From: an uncultured bacterium
GTDB taxonomy: Bacteria; Patescibacteriota; Gracilibacteria; UBA1369; PNNO01
Direction of reading: 5' to 3'
DNA: 32,000 nt
NCBI GenBank assembly: GCA_963704705.1
Contig: OY969931.1
Span: 840,001-872,000, forward strand
The translations under genes were made by a program, and so were the position numbers. This document shows positions 29,285 to 32,000 of this stretch, one piece after another (the stretch's first letter is position 1; the number at the start of each line of letters is the position of its first letter). The notes under the pieces are model-generated. The model had not been told where the DNA came from, did no database searches, and worked only from the letters and a program-made list of their open reading frames with translations.

Positions 29285-30344
29285 AGAAATAAGAAAGCAA
29301 TTCAAGAATTACAATGCTTTGTTCATTAGCAATCCCACTAATGTTTATTATTTAACTGGGTTTACCGGTTCGCGAGGGCTTATTTTAATAACTCAGCGTA
29401 AAGCGTATTTTTTTACTGACTTCAGATATCTTGAATATGCCCAAAAAATAATCCCAAAAGACTTTGAGGTTGTTCAGATTGATAAAAAATGGAAAAAAGA
29501 CTGGCCCGCTCTTCTTAAAAAATTCAGAATTAAAGAATTGGGAGTTGAAGAAAGTTATTTAACTGTAAGCCAATATGATGGATTAAAGAAAATTTCTCCT
29601 GGTGTGCGGTTTAAAAAAACTGAAAATGTTATTGAAAAAATCCGCGAGATCAAAACAGACTGGGAACTTGCAATGCTTAAAAAATCTCAAAGAATAAACG
29701 AACTTGTTTTGGATGAAGTACTTAATTATTTAAAAGAAGGCCGAACAGAAGCTGAAGTTGAATGGTTTATTATTAAAGCACAGCGCGACTTGGGGGCTGA
29801 GGATTCATCATTTGACCCGATTGTTGCTTTTGGATCGCACAGCTCAATCCCCCATCATCAAAATACAAACAGAAAGTTAAAAAAAGGGCATGTTGTACTT
29901 ATTGATATGGGTGTTAAATATAAATCTTATTGCAGTGACATGACCCGTACCTTTTTTACAGCGAAGCCGTCAGCCAAAGAAGCTGAGGTTTACCAGACTG
30001 TTTTGGATGCTCAAAATGTAGCAATTGCAGAGCTTAAACACGGAACAACAGTTAAAAAAGTGGTTGAAGCTGCAATGAAGCCGATTAAGGAAAATGGTTA
30101 TGAAAAGAATTTTCAGCATGCTTTGGGCCACGGAGTCGGCTTGGATATCCATGAACTTCCGAGTCTTGGAGTTGAAGAACCATACAAGCTTAAAGCCAAT
30201 ATGATTACTACAATAGAACCGGGTATTTATCTACCTAAAAACTTTGGCGTTCGTATAGAAGATATGCTAATAATATCACGTACCGGAGCCCAGAATATTA
30301 CAAAGGCTCCAAAAGAACTAAAAGATGTAATAATCAAAATATAA
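29277..30344 (+). CDS. M24 family Xaa-Pro aminopeptidase/dipeptidase
   Basis: Creatinase-like N-terminal domain. M24 metal ligands in VLIDMGVKYKSYCSDMTRTF, HALGHGVGLDIHELP, TIEPGIY and VRIEDM. Overlaps the ruvA stop by 8 nt. Confidence 0.85.
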   Translation: MLKEIRKQFKNYNALFISNPTNVYYLTGFTGSRGLILITQRKAYFFTDFRYLEYAQKIIPKDFEVVQIDKKWKKDWPALLKKFRIKELGVEESYLTVSQYDGLKKISPGVRFKKTENVIEKIREIKTDWELAMLKKSQRINELVLDEVLNYLKEGRTEAEVEWFIIKAQRDLGAEDSSFDPIVAFGSHSSIPHHQNTNRKLKKGHVVLIDMGVKYKSYCSDMTRTFFTAKPSAKEAEVYQTVLDAQNVAIAELKHGTTVKKVVEAAMKPIKENGYEKNFQHALGHGVGLDIHELPSLGVEEPYKLKANMITTIEPGIYLPKNFGVRIEDMLIISRTGAQNITKAPKELKDVIIKI

Positions 30345-30345
30345 T

Positions 30346-31656
30346 ATGGCTAAAATCGCAGTAATTCTATTCCCTGGAACGAATTGTGAACTTGAGGCAT
30401 TAAGGGCAATTGCAAGAAGCGGAATGGAGCCACAATTAATAAGATGGAATGAAGAAGCGGATTATTCGGGCTTTGACGGATTTTTTATTCCGGGCGGATT
30501 TAGCTATGAAGACAGGGGCAGGTCAGGAATTATCGCATCAAAAAACCCTTTAATTAATAATATTAAAGAAGAGGCTGCAAAAGGAAAACCTGTTTTAGGA
30601 GTTTGTAATGGAGCTCAGGTTGTTGTTGAGGCTGGTATGATTCCGGGGCTTGATCCAAAGCATGTAGAAATGGCTCTTGCATGGAACAAACGTGTTGATA
30701 AAGACGGAAATATTTTAGGTACAGGATTTTATAATGACTGGATTTATATTAAGAACGCGGTTCCAAAAGGCCGCAGCGCATTTAACTATTATGATCAGGA
30801 TCATTTACTTAGAATTCCTGTTGCGCATGGTGAAGGAAGATTCACATCAATTGATCCTGAAATGGAAGAGCTCTTATTAAAAAATCAGCAGACAGTATTT
30901 AGATATTGTGACGAGAATGGCGAAATTCGTGAGGAATTCCCTGTGAATCCAAATGGTGCGATGTTAAATTTGGCTGGTGTTTGTAATCCTGAAGGAAATG
31001 TAATGAGTTTAATGCCGCATCCTGAAAGAACTGAAGTGGGCGACCCTATTTTTGAATCAATGAATGCTTATATTGGTAAGAGTTTTGAAATTGTTAAACC
31101 TGAAGGCATTGTTATGGAAAAACCTGCATACGAAACCGAAGGTGCCAAGGCTTACGATAAGCCGGATATTGAAGTTTTTGTAGATACTGTGATTACTGAT
31201 AATGAAGAAAGAACTCTTGAAGCTGCAATTCACAACTTGGGATTTGCGGATGCAAAACTTAAAAAACTTTTATATTACGGAATTAGAACTAATGGCAATG
31301 TTGATAAAGTTGAAACAGCAAACGAGCTTTTAAAGAGCGGTGAAATTGTTAATATGGCAAAAGAAATTCCTTTAATTAAAATAGAAGGTAAGTTTTATAG
31401 TTTTGATCCGGAACAAGGTTTAAGTGAAACAGACGGGAAATCAATTAATGCTGAAAGCTATTTAACTTTTAATAAAGAAGATACTGTTGGAGAAAGTAAA
31501 TTACAGACAATCAAACATCATTTTGAAATTAAAGGTGTTGATAGAATTCATGCAGGGAAAAAATGGTCGCTTTCGAGTGGCGCGCAGGAAGCTGAAAAGA
31601 TTGTTTCTACTTTAATCTTCCACAATCCACATTCAATGGATATTTATAAAGCTTAA
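30346..31656 (+). CDS. purQ: FGAM synthase glutaminase subunit PurQ fused to a ~165-aa C-terminal region with two PurS-like modules
   Basis: The N-terminal ~235 aa is collinear with PurQ: IAVILFPGTNCE, the GATase nucleophile LGVCNGAQ, AHGEGRF and MPHPER. The C-terminal region begins around 31165. It contains IEVFVDTVITDNEERTLEAAIHNLGF... and ...HHFEIKGVDRIHAGKKWSL...LIFHNPHSMDIY, which resemble PurS and the lgPurL N-domain. Confidence 0.75.
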   Translation: MAKIAVILFPGTNCELEALRAIARSGMEPQLIRWNEEADYSGFDGFFIPGGFSYEDRGRSGIIASKNPLINNIKEEAAKGKPVLGVCNGAQVVVEAGMIPGLDPKHVEMALAWNKRVDKDGNILGTGFYNDWIYIKNAVPKGRSAFNYYDQDHLLRIPVAHGEGRFTSIDPEMEELLLKNQQTVFRYCDENGEIREEFPVNPNGAMLNLAGVCNPEGNVMSLMPHPERTEVGDPIFESMNAYIGKSFEIVKPEGIVMEKPAYETEGAKAYDKPDIEVFVDTVITDNEERTLEAAIHNLGFADAKLKKLLYYGIRTNGNVDKVETANELLKSGEIVNMAKEIPLIKIEGKFYSFDPEQGLSETDGKSINAESYLTFNKEDTVGESKLQTIKHHFEIKGVDRIHAGKKWSLSSGAQEAEKIVSTLIFHNPHSMDIYKA

Positions 31657-31660
31657 AAAT

Positions 31661-32000
31661 ATGTGCGGAATATTCGCCTACAAAGGCCCTAGACAAAACG
31701 CAGCAGAACTTGTTATTAATGGCTTAAAAAAGCTCGAATACAGAGGTTATGATTCTTGGGGCGTGGCTTCAAAATGCAACGGAGAAATATCGATATATAA
31801 AGAAGTCGGCAAAATAAGCGACTTTGATTTTAATAATCCGCCTGAAGGCATCGATCTAAAACGTGCGTGCAATCTTGCAATGGGCCATTCACGCTGGGCC
31901 ACTCACGGGGGTGTAACAGTTGCAAATGCTCATCCTCATTTTTCTGCTGATAAGTCGATTGCTATTGTTCACAACGGAATTATTGAAAATTACATTGAGC
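31661..32000 (+). CDS. glmS: Glutamine--fructose-6-phosphate aminotransferase; 5' part only, runs off the window
   Basis: My translation is MCGIFAYKGPRQNAAELVINGLKKLEYRGYDSWGV...GHSRWATHGGVTVANAHPH...VHNGIIENY. The LEYRGYDS and HxRWATHG blocks are GlmS-type Ntn glutaminase signatures rather than PurF. Confidence 0.85.
   Translation, partial: MCGIFAYKGPRQNAAELVINGLKKLEYRGYDSWGVASKCNGEISIYKEVGKISDFDFNNPPEGIDLKRACNLAMGHSRWATHGGVTVANAHPHFSADKSIAIVHNGIIENYIE

Noticed and set aside
31661-32000. The partial gene after purQ could be purF (amidophosphoribosyltransferase), given the purine-pathway context
   Set aside because: LEYRGYDS and GHSRWATHG...NAHPH are GlmS signatures. PurF has a different second block (LQHRGQD-type).

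Overview
AT-rich, tightly packed bacterial chromosomal segment in which genes abut or overlap and most starts lack a Shine-Dalgarno (SD) motif. The gene content and the many low-complexity protein extensions suggest a small-genome uncultivated lineage such as CPR/Patescibacteria; that is inference only. TGA is used as a stop, so the standard code applies. No rRNA, tRNA, CRISPR array, transposase or integrase was seen.

Most of the window is housekeeping:
- A partial U32 peptidase and nadB.
- A minus-strand block: 909-aa gene, gyrB, rpsU, prmC, prfA, ending at a strong bidirectional terminator.
- An SLH-bearing S41 protease.
- A plus-strand block: gyrA, acidic secreted protein, rpmE, aroC, tgt, HD hydrolase, tyrA.
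- ruvA, an M24 peptidase, a purQ-purS fusion and glmS (partial).

Several large lineage-specific genes are interspersed:
- A 1108-aa protein with a C-terminal degenerate HD-GYP domain.
- A 909-aa membrane-anchored protein.
- An orphan VirB4-like ATPase.
- A ~1087-aa SF2 DEAD-motif helicase (25369-28632, minus strand). Its C-terminal half is exactly eight in-register 72-aa (216-bp) HTH-like repeats with mosaic near-identity between units. This is the most unusual feature and my best candidate for a previously undescribed function, a modular nucleic-acid-recognition ATPase.

Other second-look items:
- A sharply bounded, GC-rich 56-bp segment shared in frame by the 3' tails of gyrA and rpmE.
- A perfect SD plus TTG start on rpsU in an otherwise SD-poor window.
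- A PurQ-(PurS-like)x2 fusion.
- A self-contained small-gene unit with a consensus promoter, 42-bp tandem repeats and a terminator.
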